This document shows positions 33,994 through 43,897 of a stretch of 64,000 nt of DNA, one piece after another. The stretch comes from an uncultured Candidatus Rokubacteria bacterium (lineage in GTDB: Bacteria; Methylomirabilota; Methylomirabilia; Rokubacteriales; CSP1-6). The stretch lies in the NCBI GenBank assembly GCA_963762145.1, contig CAVXJS010000021.1, positions 128,001-192,000 of the forward strand. Reading direction: 5' to 3'. Position 1 is the first letter of the stretch; the number at the start of each line of letters is the position of its first letter. Under the pieces are notes generated by a model, which made no database searches, was not told the DNA's origin, and saw only the letters and a program-made list of their open reading frames with translations. A program made the translations under genes and the position numbers.

Positions 33994-34705
33994 GCCGAAG
34001 AACCGCTTGATCGTCGCGCTCGACGTGGAGACCCTCACCGACGCCGAGCGGCTCCTGGATCGCCTCCAGGGTCAGGTCACGCGCTTCAAGATCGGCTCCC
34101 AGCTCTTCACCGCCGCGGGACCCGCCGCGGTCGAGAGCGTCCACAAGCGGGGGGCGGAGGTCTTCCTCGACCTCAAGTTCCACGACATTCCCAACACGGT
34201 GGCGGGCGCGGCGCGGGAGGCCGCGCGCCTGGGTGTCCTCATGTTCAACGTCCACGCCTCCGGCGGCCGCGCCATGATGGCGGCGGCGGCCGAGGGCGCG
34301 GCGGCCGCGGCGAAGGATCTCGGCGTGCGCCGGCCGATCGCGCTGGCGGTCACCGTGCTCACGAGCCTGGACCGCAGCGCCCTGACCCGTGAGCTGGGCA
34401 TCGCAAGCTCGGTCGAGGGCCACGTGCTCCACCTGGCCGGGATGGCGGCGGCCGCGGGCCTCGACGGCTGCGTCGCCTCGCCCAACGAGATCGCCGCGCT
34501 CCGCACCAATCGCGGGCCCGCGTGGGTGATCGTCACGCCCGGCGTGCGGCCGGCGGGCAGCGCGGTGGGCGACCAGTCGCGCATCGCGACGCCGGGAGCC
34601 GCCGCCCGGGCCGGCGCTCACTACCTCGTGGTCGGGCGCCCGATCACCGCGGCCCCGGACCCGGCCGCGGCGGCCGATCTCATCCTGCGGGAGATGGCAT
34701 CGTGA
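33980..34705 (+). CDS. pyrF: OMP decarboxylase
   Basis: LIVALD, FLDLKFHDIPNTV, VTPGVR, VVGRPI. Confidence 0.97.
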
Positions 34706-35316
34706 GCGCGGCGGACGCCCACGAGACGCTGATCCGGCGCCTCTTCGAGATCGGGGCGATCCGCTTCGGCGAGTTCACGCTCAAGTCGGGCATCGTCTCG
34801 CCCTTCTACATCGATCTGCGCGTGGTCATCTCCTTCCCGGACGTGCTGGAGCAGATCGGCGCGCTGATGGCCGCGGAGGTGGCCCGCTGCGGCGGCGACC
34901 GCGTCGGCGGCATCCCGTACGCGGGGCTGCCTCTGGCGGTCGCGGCCAGCCTGGCGGGGCGCGTGCCCCTCATCTATCCGCGGCGCGAAGAGAAGGGCTA
35001 CGGCACGCGGAAGCGCATCGAGGGGCAGTTCAAGGCGGGGGAGCGGGTAGTGCTCATCGACGACATCATCACGGACGGGGCGAGCAAGCTCGAGGCGATT
35101 CTCCCGCTGGAAGAGGCGGGCCTGGTGGTGAAGGATCTCGTCATCCTGGTGGATCGGGAGCAGGGCGGACGTGAGCTCCTCGCGGCGCGCGGCTACGCGC
35201 TGCACGCGGTGCTCACGATCTCGCAGTGCTTCGACAGCTGGGAGCGCGCCGGGCTCGTGCCTCACGACCTGATCCGGCAGTCGCGCGAGTTTCTCCGGGC
35301 CACCCGGTTCGCCTGA
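34702..35316 (+). CDS. pyrE: Orotate phosphoribosyltransferase
   Basis: FTLKSG, SPFYIDLR, LIDDIITDGAS, LVDREQG. Confidence 0.93.
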   Translation: MSAADAHETLIRRLFEIGAIRFGEFTLKSGIVSPFYIDLRVVISFPDVLEQIGALMAAEVARCGGDRVGGIPYAGLPLAVAASLAGRVPLIYPRREEKGYGTRKRIEGQFKAGERVVLIDDIITDGASKLEAILPLEEAGLVVKDLVILVDREQGGRELLAARGYALHAVLTISQCFDSWERAGLVPHDLIRQSREFLRATRFA

Positions 35317-35846
35317 TGCCCGCCGAGAGCGACAGTCCGGCCGAGGTCCTCGTGGATCGCGAGACGATCCTGACCGAAGTCGCCCGGCTGGCCGCGCAGA
35401 TCTCGTCCGATTACGTCGAGCGCCCGGCCCATCTCATCGGGGTGCTGAAGGGATCCGCGATCTTCCTCTCCGATCTGATGCGCGCGCTCACGGTGCCGGT
35501 GACGGTGGACTTCATCTCGGTGGTCCCCTACGGTCCGGTCACCGCCTCGGGCGTGGTCCGGATCCGGAAGGACCTGGACGAGCCGATCGAAGGGCGGGAC
35601 ATCATCGTGGTGGAGGGCATCTGCGCGAGCGGACGCACGCTCGCCTACCTCCTGCGGAATTTCCAGACCCGGAACCCGGCCTCCATCCGGGTCTGCGCGT
35701 TGCTGGCCAAGCAGTGCGCGCGACCCGAGGGGCTCACGCTTCACTACGTGGGCCGCGAGATCCCCGACGTCTTCGTGGTCGGCTACGGCCTCGACAAGGA
35801 CGAGCGGTACCGCCAGCTCCCGTACGTCGCCCGCCTCGGCGCCTAG
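35316..35846 (+). CDS. Hypoxanthine PRTase-like protein with degenerate PRPP loop
   Basis: GVLKGS, FVVGYGLD, YRQLPYV; loop reads VEGICASGRT. Confidence 0.8.
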   Translation: MPAESDSPAEVLVDRETILTEVARLAAQISSDYVERPAHLIGVLKGSAIFLSDLMRALTVPVTVDFISVVPYGPVTASGVVRIRKDLDEPIEGRDIIVVEGICASGRTLAYLLRNFQTRNPASIRVCALLAKQCARPEGLTLHYVGREIPDVFVVGYGLDKDERYRQLPYVARLGA

Positions 35847-36256
35847 GCGATTCGCTCGGCGGGGAGCAATCGGAGCTCGATCTCCCGCCGGCGCGGGCCC
35901 TCGAACTCCATCAGTACGACCCGCTGGAACTGGCCCAGGGCGAGCCGACCGCCCTGGACCGGGACGTGCACGCTCGGTCCCACCAAGCCGCACAGGAAGT
36001 GTGCGGCCACGTGGGCCGCCGAGTCGTGCCGGTACGCCCGCGACGGGACCAGGCTCTGGAGGATGTCCATGATGTCCTCGGGAACGCCCGCCTCGCCGGT
36101 GAGGATCATCAGACCCGCCGTCGTGTGCCGCAGGAAGAGGTGACAGCTCCCGTCCGGGGCGCCGCCCAGGAGCGCACCCACGCGCTCCGTGATGTCCACG
36201 ACGTCCCGGGCGGAGCGCGTCTCGAGCTCGATGGTGAGGGGCCTCGTGGTGGTCAT
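35843..36256 (-). CDS. yjbQ: YjbQ/UPF0047 family protein
   Basis: DITE, HTTAGL, YRHD, AHF, LGQFQRV, EFEGPRRR. Confidence 0.9.
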   Translation of the reverse strand: MTTTRPLTIELETRSARDVVDITERVGALLGGAPDGSCHLFLRHTTAGLMILTGEAGVPEDIMDILQSLVPSRAYRHDSAAHVAAHFLCGLVGPSVHVPVQGGRLALGQFQRVVLMEFEGPRRREIELRLLPAERIA

Positions 36257-36328
36257 GTCGGTTCCCCCTGTCCCTCTCTAGGACCGGGGGTCGCTCCTGT
36301 CAAGTGCGGTATGCTCGAAGGCAGCCTC

Positions 36329-36955
36329 ATGCGCCTGGATCGCGCGGCCGCCCGGTTGCTCACGCTGCTCCCCCTCGTGGCCCTCCTGGCCGGCTGCGAG
36401 AGCGCCGGACCGTCGCGCCCAGCTCAGCTGGCGGAGCGGCCCCACTGGACCGCGGGTGAATCCTGGACCTATCGCGGCAAGGGCCGCGACGGCGCCTACA
36501 CGATCACCCGGCGGGTCGTGCGCGAGGGCATCTTCGAGGGCTACGAGGCCTACGAGGTCGAGGCGGGCGACTCGCGCTACTGGTACACGAAGCAGCTCGG
36601 CTACCTGGCGCGGGTCACCGGTGACCGGACCGTGCGGCGGGCGATGCCGCCCGAGGACTGGCAGTGGCCGCTCCAGGTCGGCCGGTCGTGGTCGGCCACC
36701 GTGACGTGGGTGGACGGGCCCGCGCAGGACCAGCGTTTCCTCCTCACCGGGGTCTGGACGGTGGAGGCCTACGAGGAGATCAAGACACCCGCCGGGACGT
36801 TCCAGGCCTTCAAGGTCTCGCGGCGAGAGATCGAGAGCGGCGCGGCGCATGAGTTCTGGTACAGCGCGGCGGTGAAGGGCTGGGTGAAGCTGCAGGGCAC
36901 CAATACCGCCGCCGGTACCTACGAGGAAGAGCTGACCGCTTACACCGCCCGCTGA
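36329..36955 (+). CDS. Hypothetical lipoprotein (beta-rich)
   Basis: Lipobox LLAGC; TPAGTF and WYS..V.GWVK motifs. Confidence 0.75.
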   Translation: MRLDRAAARLLTLLPLVALLAGCESAGPSRPAQLAERPHWTAGESWTYRGKGRDGAYTITRRVVREGIFEGYEAYEVEAGDSRYWYTKQLGYLARVTGDRTVRRAMPPEDWQWPLQVGRSWSATVTWVDGPAQDQRFLLTGVWTVEAYEEIKTPAGTFQAFKVSRREIESGAAHEFWYSAAVKGWVKLQGTNTAAGTYEEELTAYTAR

Positions 36956-36962
36956 CCGGCGG

Positions 36963-37787
36963 TCAGCGCTTCTGGTACTCCGGCCGCCAGCGCAGCAGCC
37001 GGGCCTCGACCTGCTTGATCCCGAGCGCCATGACGATCCCGATCACGCCCAGTACGAAGAGCGCCACCATCATGTCGGCCGCGTTCAGGGTACCGAGGGA
37101 CTGGATGATCAGGTAGCCGAGGCCGCCGCCCGATTCGCCCCCGATGAACTCCCCGACCACCACCCCGATGAGGGCGAAGGAGATGGACGGCGTCAGGGAC
37201 GCGAAGGTCCACGCGAGCGCGGACGGCACGATCACGCTCGTCATGATCTGCCGCTCCGAGGCGCCCAGGAAGCGCGCGGAGTGGATCAGGTCGGCGTCCA
37301 CGCTGCGGGCGCCCTGGAAGGTGTTGAAGAACACGATGAAGAACACGATGCTCCAGGCGAGCACGATCTTGGCGAGCAGGCCGAACCCGAAGATCATCGT
37401 GATGAGCGGCACCAGGGCGATGCGCGGCAGCGAGTTGAAGGCCACGATGTAGGGCTGGAAGACGCGCGCCAGCCCGTCGCTTCGCCCCAGGACCAGGCCG
37501 GCCACGAAGCCGGTGGAGATGCCGACCAGGAAGCCCCACACGGTGGACTGCACGGTGGAGAGGGCCATCTGCCAGATGGTGAGCCGCACCTTCGGCGACG
37601 TCAGGTAGAGCAGGCGCTCCACGATCGCAGACGGCCGGCTGATGAAGAACGGGTCGATCCAGTAGAGGCCGGGCGTCTTCGAGATCGCCTTGATCCCGGT
37701 CAGGTACTGCCAGGCGGCCAGCACCGCGACCAGGATCAGGAGCTGCCACGCGAGGACGCGGAGGCGGGTGCGGGTCATGGCAGACAT
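36963..37787 (-). CDS. ABC transporter permease, NitT/TauT family
   Basis: NSLPRIALVPL, ARFLGAS, GVVVGEF, GLGYLI. Confidence 0.92.
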   Translation of the reverse strand: MSAMTRTRLRVLAWQLLILVAVLAAWQYLTGIKAISKTPGLYWIDPFFISRPSAIVERLLYLTSPKVRLTIWQMALSTVQSTVWGFLVGISTGFVAGLVLGRSDGLARVFQPYIVAFNSLPRIALVPLITMIFGFGLLAKIVLAWSIVFFIVFFNTFQGARSVDADLIHSARFLGASERQIMTSVIVPSALAWTFASLTPSISFALIGVVVGEFIGGESGGGLGYLIIQSLGTLNAADMMVALFVLGVIGIVMALGIKQVEARLLRWRPEYQKR

Positions 37788-37794
37788 CCCTTTT

Positions 37795-37880
37795 GCGGAC
37801 GACCGTTTACTTCTTCAAGGCTCTTCAGCTGCGGGGGCCCAGAAATGGCCCCCGCACTCCCCCAGTGGCGGACAACCGTT
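37795..37880 (-). repeat. Dispersed palindromic element, copy 2, with flanking direct repeats
   Basis: Core at 37830-37864; GCGGACGACCGTT (37795) and GCGGACAACCGTT (37868). Confidence 0.93.
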
Positions 37881-37893
37881 GTGGGTCGCGCCA

Positions 37894-38682
37894 TCATGGG
37901 GTCACCGCCCGGAATTCCTCGCCGAGGACGTGCCAGATCTCGCTGTACTCGCGGGAGTACTCGTCGCTCTCGCGGATGCGGATCACGTCGCGGGGGCGCG
38001 GGAGCTTCACCTCGTAGATCAGCTTGATGCGGCCGGGCCGGCGCGTCATCACCACGATGCGATCGGCCAGGGTGATCGCCTCGGAGAGATCGTGGGTCAC
38101 GAAGATCACCGTCTGCTGCTTCGCCTGCCAGATCTCGAGCAGCTCGGCGTGCAGGTTCAGCTTCGTGTGGGTGTCGAGCGCGCCGAAGGGCTCGTCCATC
38201 AACAGGATCTCGGGGTCCACCACCAGCGAGCGCATCAGGGCCACCCGCTGCCGCATGCCGCCCGAGAGCGTGGCGGGGAACGCGTCCTCGAAGCCCTGCA
38301 GCCCGGCCAGCGCGATCGCCTGGCGCACGCGGGCGTCCCGCTCCGCGGCGGGCACGTTGCGGTACTCGAGGCCGAGCGCGATGTTGCGCTCGACCGTCCG
38401 CCAGGGAAAGACGGTGTCCTTCTGGAAGACGTAGCCGACCTGCGACGGCGGCGCGCCGGTGACCGGCCGGCCGTCCACCACGATCTCCCCGCCGGACGGC
38501 GCCACGAGGCCGCCGATCATGTTCAGGATCGTGGACTTGCCGCAGCCGGACGGGCCCACGATCGCCACGAACTCGCGCTCGTGGACGTCGAAGGAGACCG
38601 GCGAAACGGCGGGGACCTCGCGAGGGCCCTGTCCGAAGGTCTTCGCGAGGTCCCGGATGGAAACGCGGACCCGCGGCGTCAC
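37894..38682 (-). CDS. ABC transporter ATP-binding protein, NitT/TauT family
   Basis: GPSGCGKST, LSGGMRQR, LLMDEPFGALD, FVTHD. Confidence 0.95.
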   Translation of the reverse strand: MTPRVRVSIRDLAKTFGQGPREVPAVSPVSFDVHEREFVAIVGPSGCGKSTILNMIGGLVAPSGGEIVVDGRPVTGAPPSQVGYVFQKDTVFPWRTVERNIALGLEYRNVPAAERDARVRQAIALAGLQGFEDAFPATLSGGMRQRVALMRSLVVDPEILLMDEPFGALDTHTKLNLHAELLEIWQAKQQTVIFVTHDLSEAITLADRIVVMTRRPGRIKLIYEVKLPRPRDVIRIRESDEYSREYSEIWHVLGEEFRAVTP

Positions 38683-38693
38683 TCCCGGCCGCT

Positions 38694-39788
38694 TTACTTG
38701 TACTTGGCCTGAGCCTTCTTGACGAAGCTCATGTCCACCGCCTGCTTGTACGGGATCGGCTTGTCCACCGCGGTGGGCACCCACACCTTCATGCCGCGCT
38801 CGTAGTCTCGCTCCTCGATCACGAAGTCCCAGTCGAAGATCGTCCGGTAGTAGCGGACGGACTCCAGCACCACCTCGCGCTTGAAGGTCTCCATGTACGG
38901 CTTCCACAGCAGGTCGGTGACCTCGTCGTCCTTCGCGCGGCGGATCCACTGCTGCGCGCGGTAGCAGGCGTTGACGTAGGCCTGCACGAGATCGGGCGAC
39001 TTCTCGACGGTTTCCTTCAGCACGTAGCCTACCGTGACCGGGATGGGCCCGCCGAAGACCTGGTTCCACGCCTTCTCGTCCTGGATGTCGTAGATCGGCT
39101 TGCCGAAGCCTTCCTCCACCGCCGCCTGCTGCCACTCCGGCACCGCCATGATCGCGTCGAACTTGCCCGCCTTGAGGCCGCCGAGCATCGTGGTCGAGGC
39201 ACCCCCGCCCACCCACTCCACGTGATCGTTCACCGGCTTGCCGTCCCCGCCCTTGACGTTCTGCAGGACATACACCCCGTACACATAGGTGCCGGAGCCG
39301 ATCGCGGTGGCCGCGACCACCGCCTTGCGGCCCACCAGCTTCTGGTCGGCGAGGGCCTCGACGGTCTTCACGCCCTTGTCCCACAGCTCCTTGCGCACCA
39401 CGATGTTGGCGTACGAGCAGCGCGTGTCGGTCGCGAAGACCATCAGCGCGTCCTTGCCCTTCTCGGTGATCTTGAGCGGGTGGTTGGAGTCGCCGAGCGC
39501 GAACAGCACCTGGCCCGCGGCGAGCGCCTGCACGACCTTGGCCCCGCCCCCGGGGACCACGAAGTCCGGCGTCTTGACCCCTTCCTCCTCGAAGAGCTTC
39601 TTCTGGGCGGCCACTAGGTGCTGGCCGTAGACGAAGGTCGAGACGCTGTGCGAGGCCGAGATGCCCTTCAGGCCCTGGCCCCACGCCGGCCCCGACCACG
39701 CCCCCCCGACGGCCAGCGCGCCCCCCACCGCCGTGGATTTCAAGAACTCTCGGCGCGTCCAGGGCGCCCCTTGCGGCTGCTCCGACAT
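38694..39788 (-). CDS. ABC substrate-binding protein (SsuA/NMT1-like), Tat signal
   Basis: TRREFLK twin-arginine motif; SD AAGGAGG; operon context. Confidence 0.88.
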   Translation of the reverse strand: MSEQPQGAPWTRREFLKSTAVGGALAVGGAWSGPAWGQGLKGISASHSVSTFVYGQHLVAAQKKLFEEEGVKTPDFVVPGGGAKVVQALAAGQVLFALGDSNHPLKITEKGKDALMVFATDTRCSYANIVVRKELWDKGVKTVEALADQKLVGRKAVVAATAIGSGTYVYGVYVLQNVKGGDGKPVNDHVEWVGGGASTTMLGGLKAGKFDAIMAVPEWQQAAVEEGFGKPIYDIQDEKAWNQVFGGPIPVTVGYVLKETVEKSPDLVQAYVNACYRAQQWIRRAKDDEVTDLLWKPYMETFKREVVLESVRYYRTIFDWDFVIEERDYERGMKVWVPTAVDKPIPYKQAVDMSFVKKAQAKYK

Positions 39789-39828
39789 TGGTCCCCTCCT
39801 TGGGAAAACTGCGAGAAAACTGCCAGGC

Positions 39829-39858
39829 ACTGTACATGCCGGCGGCCCGGGCTGTCAA
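39829..39858 (-). promoter_or_regulatory. Sigma70 promoter of the ABC operon
   Basis: TTGACA-18 nt-TACAGT on minus strand. Confidence 0.55.
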
Positions 39859-39879
39859 CGCCAGATTGGCCCAAAGACA

Positions 39880-39908
39880 TTGACACATAAGGTTTTTTGG
39901 GCTATCGT
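39880..39908 (+). promoter_or_regulatory. Sigma70 promoter of yicC-gmk operon
   Basis: TTGACA-17 nt-TATCGT. Confidence 0.75.
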
Positions 39909-39967
39909 CCGGTGATGGCAGCGCGGGAGTTCCCCCTCACCTCCACCGTCCGACCTTCGAGCGAGCG

Positions 39968-40852
39968 ATGATCCGCAGCATGACCGGGTATGGGCGGGCG
40001 GAAGCGGCGGGGGCGCGCACCATCCTCTCCGTCGAGTGCAAGTCGGTGAACCACCGGCACCTCGATGTGTCCCTCAAGCTGCCCCGGGTCCTGGGTTCAT
40101 TCGAAGCTGACGCGCGCCGGCTGATCCAGGCCGCCGTGCAGCGCGGCCGCGTGGACGTGAGCGCGACGTTCACCGCGCCCGAAGGCAGCGTGCTGAATCC
40201 GCTCACCGTCAACCTGGCCCAGGCCAAAGAATACGCCGAAGCCGCGCGCACGCTCGCCGCGGCCCTCGATCTCGGAGACGGCCCATCGCTCGGCTGGGTG
40301 ATGGGCCAGTCGGGCGTGCTGTCACGCGAGGAGCAGGCACCGCTGTCGGCCGAGGAAGCGTGGCCGCTGCTCGAACGGGCCCTCAGCGGGGCGCTGACCG
40401 AACTGGTGGAGCGCCGCGAGACCGAGGGCCGGGCCCTCGGCCAGGAACTGCTCGGCCTCGGTGCGACGCTGGCCGCCCACGTGGACACGGTGGCCCAGCG
40501 CGCCCCGATGGCGGTCGAGCGACGGGCCGGCCGGCTGCGTGAGCGGATGCAGGCCATGCTGACCGGCGCGGACATCGACCAGTCGCGGCTCGCCACCGAG
40601 GTCGCGGTGTGGGCGGACAAGACCGACGTGAGCGAGGAGCTGGCGCGCCTGCGGGCCCATCTGACCCAGCTCGGCGCCCTGCTGACCGGTGACGGCCCGG
40701 TGGGCCGCACGCTCGATTTCCTCATCCAGGAGATCAACCGCGAGGTGAACACCATCGGCTCCAAGGCGGACGATCTGGAGATCTCGCAGGCGGTGATCGC
40801 GGCCAAGTCGACGCTCGAGAAGATGCGCGAGCAGGTGGCGAATCTTGAATAA
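39968..40852 (+). CDS. yicC: YicC/YloC family endoribonuclease
   Basis: MIRSMTGYGR, SVNHRHLD, EELARL, GRTLDFLIQEINREVNTIGSK. Confidence 0.96.
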   Translation: MIRSMTGYGRAEAAGARTILSVECKSVNHRHLDVSLKLPRVLGSFEADARRLIQAAVQRGRVDVSATFTAPEGSVLNPLTVNLAQAKEYAEAARTLAAALDLGDGPSLGWVMGQSGVLSREEQAPLSAEEAWPLLERALSGALTELVERRETEGRALGQELLGLGATLAAHVDTVAQRAPMAVERRAGRLRERMQAMLTGADIDQSRLATEVAVWADKTDVSEELARLRAHLTQLGALLTGDGPVGRTLDFLIQEINREVNTIGSKADDLEISQAVIAAKSTLEKMREQVANLE

Positions 40853-40870
40853 CACGACCTGGATTCGCGC

Positions 40871-41491
40871 GTGCAGCTGATCAAGCGCCGCGGCACGCTG
40901 GTGGTCGTGTCGGCCCCGTCGGGGGCGGGCAAGACCACGCTCTGCCACGAGGTGCGCTCGCTCGTCCCCGAGCTCTACTACTCCGTCTCCCACACCACGC
41001 GCGATCCGCGCCCCGGGGAGAAGGAGGGCACCGACTTCTTCTTCGTCTCCGAGGGGCAGTTCACCGCCATGCGCGCTCGCGACGAGTTCGCGGAATGGGC
41101 CCAGGTGCACGGCCACCACTACGGCACGCCCGCGAAGGCCCTCGAAGGCGCCTTGAGCCGGGGCCTCGACGTGCTGCTCGACATCGACACCCACGGGGCG
41201 CGGCAGCTCCGGCAGCGGTATCCGGAGGCGGTGTCGGTCTTCATCATGGCGCCCTCGATGGCCGAGCTCGAGGCCCGGCTGCGCGAGCGCAAGAGCGATT
41301 CCGCCGGCGACATCGCACGGCGGCTGAGCCGCGCCCGGGAAGAGATCGCGGCGTGGCGCCAGTACGATTACCTCATCATCAACCGTGACGTGAAGGACGC
41401 GGTGGACCAGCTCGCGACCATCATCCAGGCCGAGCGCTGCCGCACGAGCCGACTGACTCTCAGATTCCCCGACATGGAGGTACCCGCTTGA
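40871..41491 (+). CDS. gmk: Guanylate kinase
   Basis: SAPSGAGKTT, SHTTR, YGTP, YDYLIIN. Confidence 0.97.
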   Translation: MQLIKRRGTLVVVSAPSGAGKTTLCHEVRSLVPELYYSVSHTTRDPRPGEKEGTDFFFVSEGQFTAMRARDEFAEWAQVHGHHYGTPAKALEGALSRGLDVLLDIDTHGARQLRQRYPEAVSVFIMAPSMAELEARLRERKSDSAGDIARRLSRAREEIAAWRQYDYLIINRDVKDAVDQLATIIQAERCRTSRLTLRFPDMEVPA

Positions 41492-41703
41492 TGGCGTTCC
41501 CGTCGCTTGAAAAGTCCCTGGACAACGTCTCCAACCGCTACATGCTCGTGGTGCTCGCGGCCAAGCGCGCGCGGCAGCTCAATCGCGGCGCGAAGTCCCA
41601 GGTCGAGAGCCGTCACAAGAAGCCCACCAGCAACGCCCTCGAAGAGATCGCCGAGTCCCGGGTCGGCTACCGGGTGAAAGAGGAAGACACTTCGAAAGTC
41701 TGA
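41491..41703 (+). CDS. rpoZ: RNA polymerase omega subunit
   Basis: NRYMLVVLAAKRARQL, KPTSNALEEI. Confidence 0.96.
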   Translation: MAFPSLEKSLDNVSNRYMLVVLAAKRARQLNRGAKSQVESRHKKPTSNALEEIAESRVGYRVKEEDTSKV

Positions 41704-41744
41704 AACGAGCACAAAGCAAGGCCAAAGCAAGAGCCCAGAAGTCT

Positions 41745-41808
41745 GAAACGAGTGTCCGCCATCTGGGGGAGTGCGGGGGCCATTTCTGGGCCCCCGCATT
41801 AAATAGAG
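41745..41808 (+). repeat. Dispersed palindromic element, copy 3
   Basis: Core at 41764-41798; flanks ACGAGTGTCCGCCA and TTAAATAGAG shared with other copies. Confidence 0.95.
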
Positions 41809-41857
41809 TCTAAAGACTTAGACGGTAGATCTCACATACGGTAAAGCGGACGCAACC

Positions 41858-43093
41858 ATGACCCTTCACAACAAAGAGCTGATCCTCGGCGTCACCGGCA
41901 GCATCGCCGCCTACAAGGCGGTCTTCCTGCTGCGCGAGCTGACGCGCGCCGGGGCGCAGGTCACGGTGGTCACCACCGGACACGCCGAGCGCTTCGTGGG
42001 GGCCCTCACCTTCCGCACGCTCTCCGGCCGGCCGGTGCTCGCCGACCTGTTCGATCCGCAGAGCGCGGAGGCGGTCGAGCACGTCGCCCTCGCCGAGCGG
42101 GCCCACGCCCTGATCGTGGCCCCCGCCACCGCCAACCTGCTGGCCAAGGCCGCCCACGGCATCGCGGACGATTTCCTCACCACCCTCCTGCTCGCGGTCC
42201 GATGCCCGGTGCTGATGGCGCCCGCGATGGACGGCGGCATGTGGGATCACGCCGCGGTGACCGCGAACGTGACGACGCTGCGCGGGCGCGGGGTCACGGT
42301 GCTCGAGCCCGACGCGGGCGCACTCGCCTCCGGACTCTCGGGCCGGGGCCGGCTGCCGGAAGCCGACGCCATCATGGAAGCGCTCGAGCGCCTCCTGGCC
42401 CCGCGGCGCGACCTGGCCGGCGAGCGGGTGCTGGTGACATCGGGGCCGACGCGCGAGCCCATCGATCCGGTGCGCTACATCTCGAATCGCTCGTCCGGGA
42501 AGATGGGCCAGGCGGTGGCGACCGCCGCGCTGCGCCGCGGCGCCGAGGTGATCCTGATCTCGGGGCCCACCACCCTGACCCCGCCCGCCGGCGCGGTGTA
42601 CGTGCCGGTGCAGACCGCGGAGGACATGCGCGAGGCCGCGCTGCAGCACCTCGAGCGCGCCACCATCGTCATCAAGGCGGCCGCGGTGGCCGACTACCGC
42701 GTCAAGCAGCCGAGCGCGACCAAGATCAAATCGCGCAAGGACGAAGGGCTCACGCTCGATCTCGCGCCCAATCCCGACATCCTCAAGGAGCTGGCCGCCC
42801 GCAAGGGCCGGGCGTTCTTGGTGGGCTTCGCGGCCGAGACCAACGACGTGCGGGCCAACGCGGCCGCGAAGCTGCGGGCCAAGGGTGTGGATCTGCTCGT
42901 GGCCAACGACGTCAGCGTGAAAGGCATCGGCTTCGACGCGGAGGACAATCAGGTGACCCTGCTCGACCGGTGGGGCGGCGTGAACGATCTGCCCAGGATG
43001 AACAAGCTAGAAGTCGCCGACGCGATTCTCGATCGCGTGCTCGGGCTGCGCGCCGCCGATCGCTCCCCCGCCTCCGACCGCGCCGCCCACTAG
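41858..43093 (+). CDS. coaBC: Phosphopantothenoylcysteine decarboxylase/ligase
   Basis: GVTGSIAAYKA, APATAN, GPTREPIDPVRYISNRSSGKMG, VGFAAET. Confidence 0.98.
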   Translation: MTLHNKELILGVTGSIAAYKAVFLLRELTRAGAQVTVVTTGHAERFVGALTFRTLSGRPVLADLFDPQSAEAVEHVALAERAHALIVAPATANLLAKAAHGIADDFLTTLLLAVRCPVLMAPAMDGGMWDHAAVTANVTTLRGRGVTVLEPDAGALASGLSGRGRLPEADAIMEALERLLAPRRDLAGERVLVTSGPTREPIDPVRYISNRSSGKMGQAVATAALRRGAEVILISGPTTLTPPAGAVYVPVQTAEDMREAALQHLERATIVIKAAAVADYRVKQPSATKIKSRKDEGLTLDLAPNPDILKELAARKGRAFLVGFAAETNDVRANAAAKLRAKGVDLLVANDVSVKGIGFDAEDNQVTLLDRWGGVNDLPRMNKLEVADAILDRVLGLRAADRSPASDRAAH

Positions 43094-43097
43094 CCCG

Positions 43098-43796
43098 ATG
43101 AGCGACCCGCGGGAGGCCGTGGCCCTGGCCCTGCGCGGTCTGGCGGACACGCTCCGGCACCACCGCGAGCTGGGGCTGCGCGACGTCGCGCTCGCTACCG
43201 TCCCGTTCCCCGATCCGGCCGACGGCCTCCGGGAGCAGGAGCGCGCACGACAGGGGTGTCAGCTATGCAAGCTCTGCAAGAGCCGCACGAACGTCGCGTT
43301 CGGCTCGGGCAATGCGCGGGCGCGGCTCATGGTGGTGGGCGAGGGGCCCGGCGAGGAAGAGGACAAGCAGGGGCTGCCCTTCGTCGGGCGCGCCGGGCAG
43401 CTCCTCACCAAGATGCTGGCCTCCGTGGGATTCGACCGCGAGCGCGACTGCTACATCGCCAACGTGGTGAAGTGCCGGCCCGAGCGCAACCGCAACCCGG
43501 AGCCCGACGAGGTCGCGGCCTGCAGCCCGTTCCTGATGGCCCAGATCGACACCATCGGCCCGCACGTGATCCTGGCGCTCGGCAACTTCGCCGCGCAGAC
43601 CCTGCTCGGGACCAAGGAGGGCATCACGCGGCTGCGCGGCAAGACGTATCAGTACCGGGCGAGCGTGCTCGTGCCCACCTTCCACCCCGCCTTCCTGCTC
43701 CGCAATCCCGGTCCGGAGTTCCGGCGCATGGCCTGGGACGATCTCAAGCTCGCGCGCCGGGAGTACGACGCGCGCTCCGGCGACGGGTCGCGATAG
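43098..43796 (+). CDS. Uracil-DNA glycosylase family 4 (4Fe-4S)
   Basis: CQLCKLC, GEGPG, PFVGRAG, KCRP, TFHPA. Confidence 0.95.
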   Translation: MSDPREAVALALRGLADTLRHHRELGLRDVALATVPFPDPADGLREQERARQGCQLCKLCKSRTNVAFGSGNARARLMVVGEGPGEEEDKQGLPFVGRAGQLLTKMLASVGFDRERDCYIANVVKCRPERNRNPEPDEVAACSPFLMAQIDTIGPHVILALGNFAAQTLLGTKEGITRLRGKTYQYRASVLVPTFHPAFLLRNPGPEFRRMAWDDLKLARREYDARSGDGSR

Positions 43797-43806
43797 AGCG
43801 TGTCCA

Positions 43807-43891
43807 GCGGATACTCGTCTAGTTCTTCAGGCTCTCCATATGCGGGGGCCCAGAAATGGCCCCCGCACTCCCCCAGTTGGCGGACACTCGT
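43807..43891 (-). repeat. Dispersed palindromic element, copy 4, with flanking direct repeats
   Basis: Core at 43841-43875; GCGGATACTCGT (43807) and GCGGACACTCGT (43880). Confidence 0.93.
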
Positions 43892-43897
43892 AGTCGA

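Noticed and set aside
39911-39942. GGTGATGG...TCACC in the yicC leader as a fluoride riboswitch
   Set aside because: Spacing and the downstream pseudoknot consensus do not fit, and the gene context is wrong
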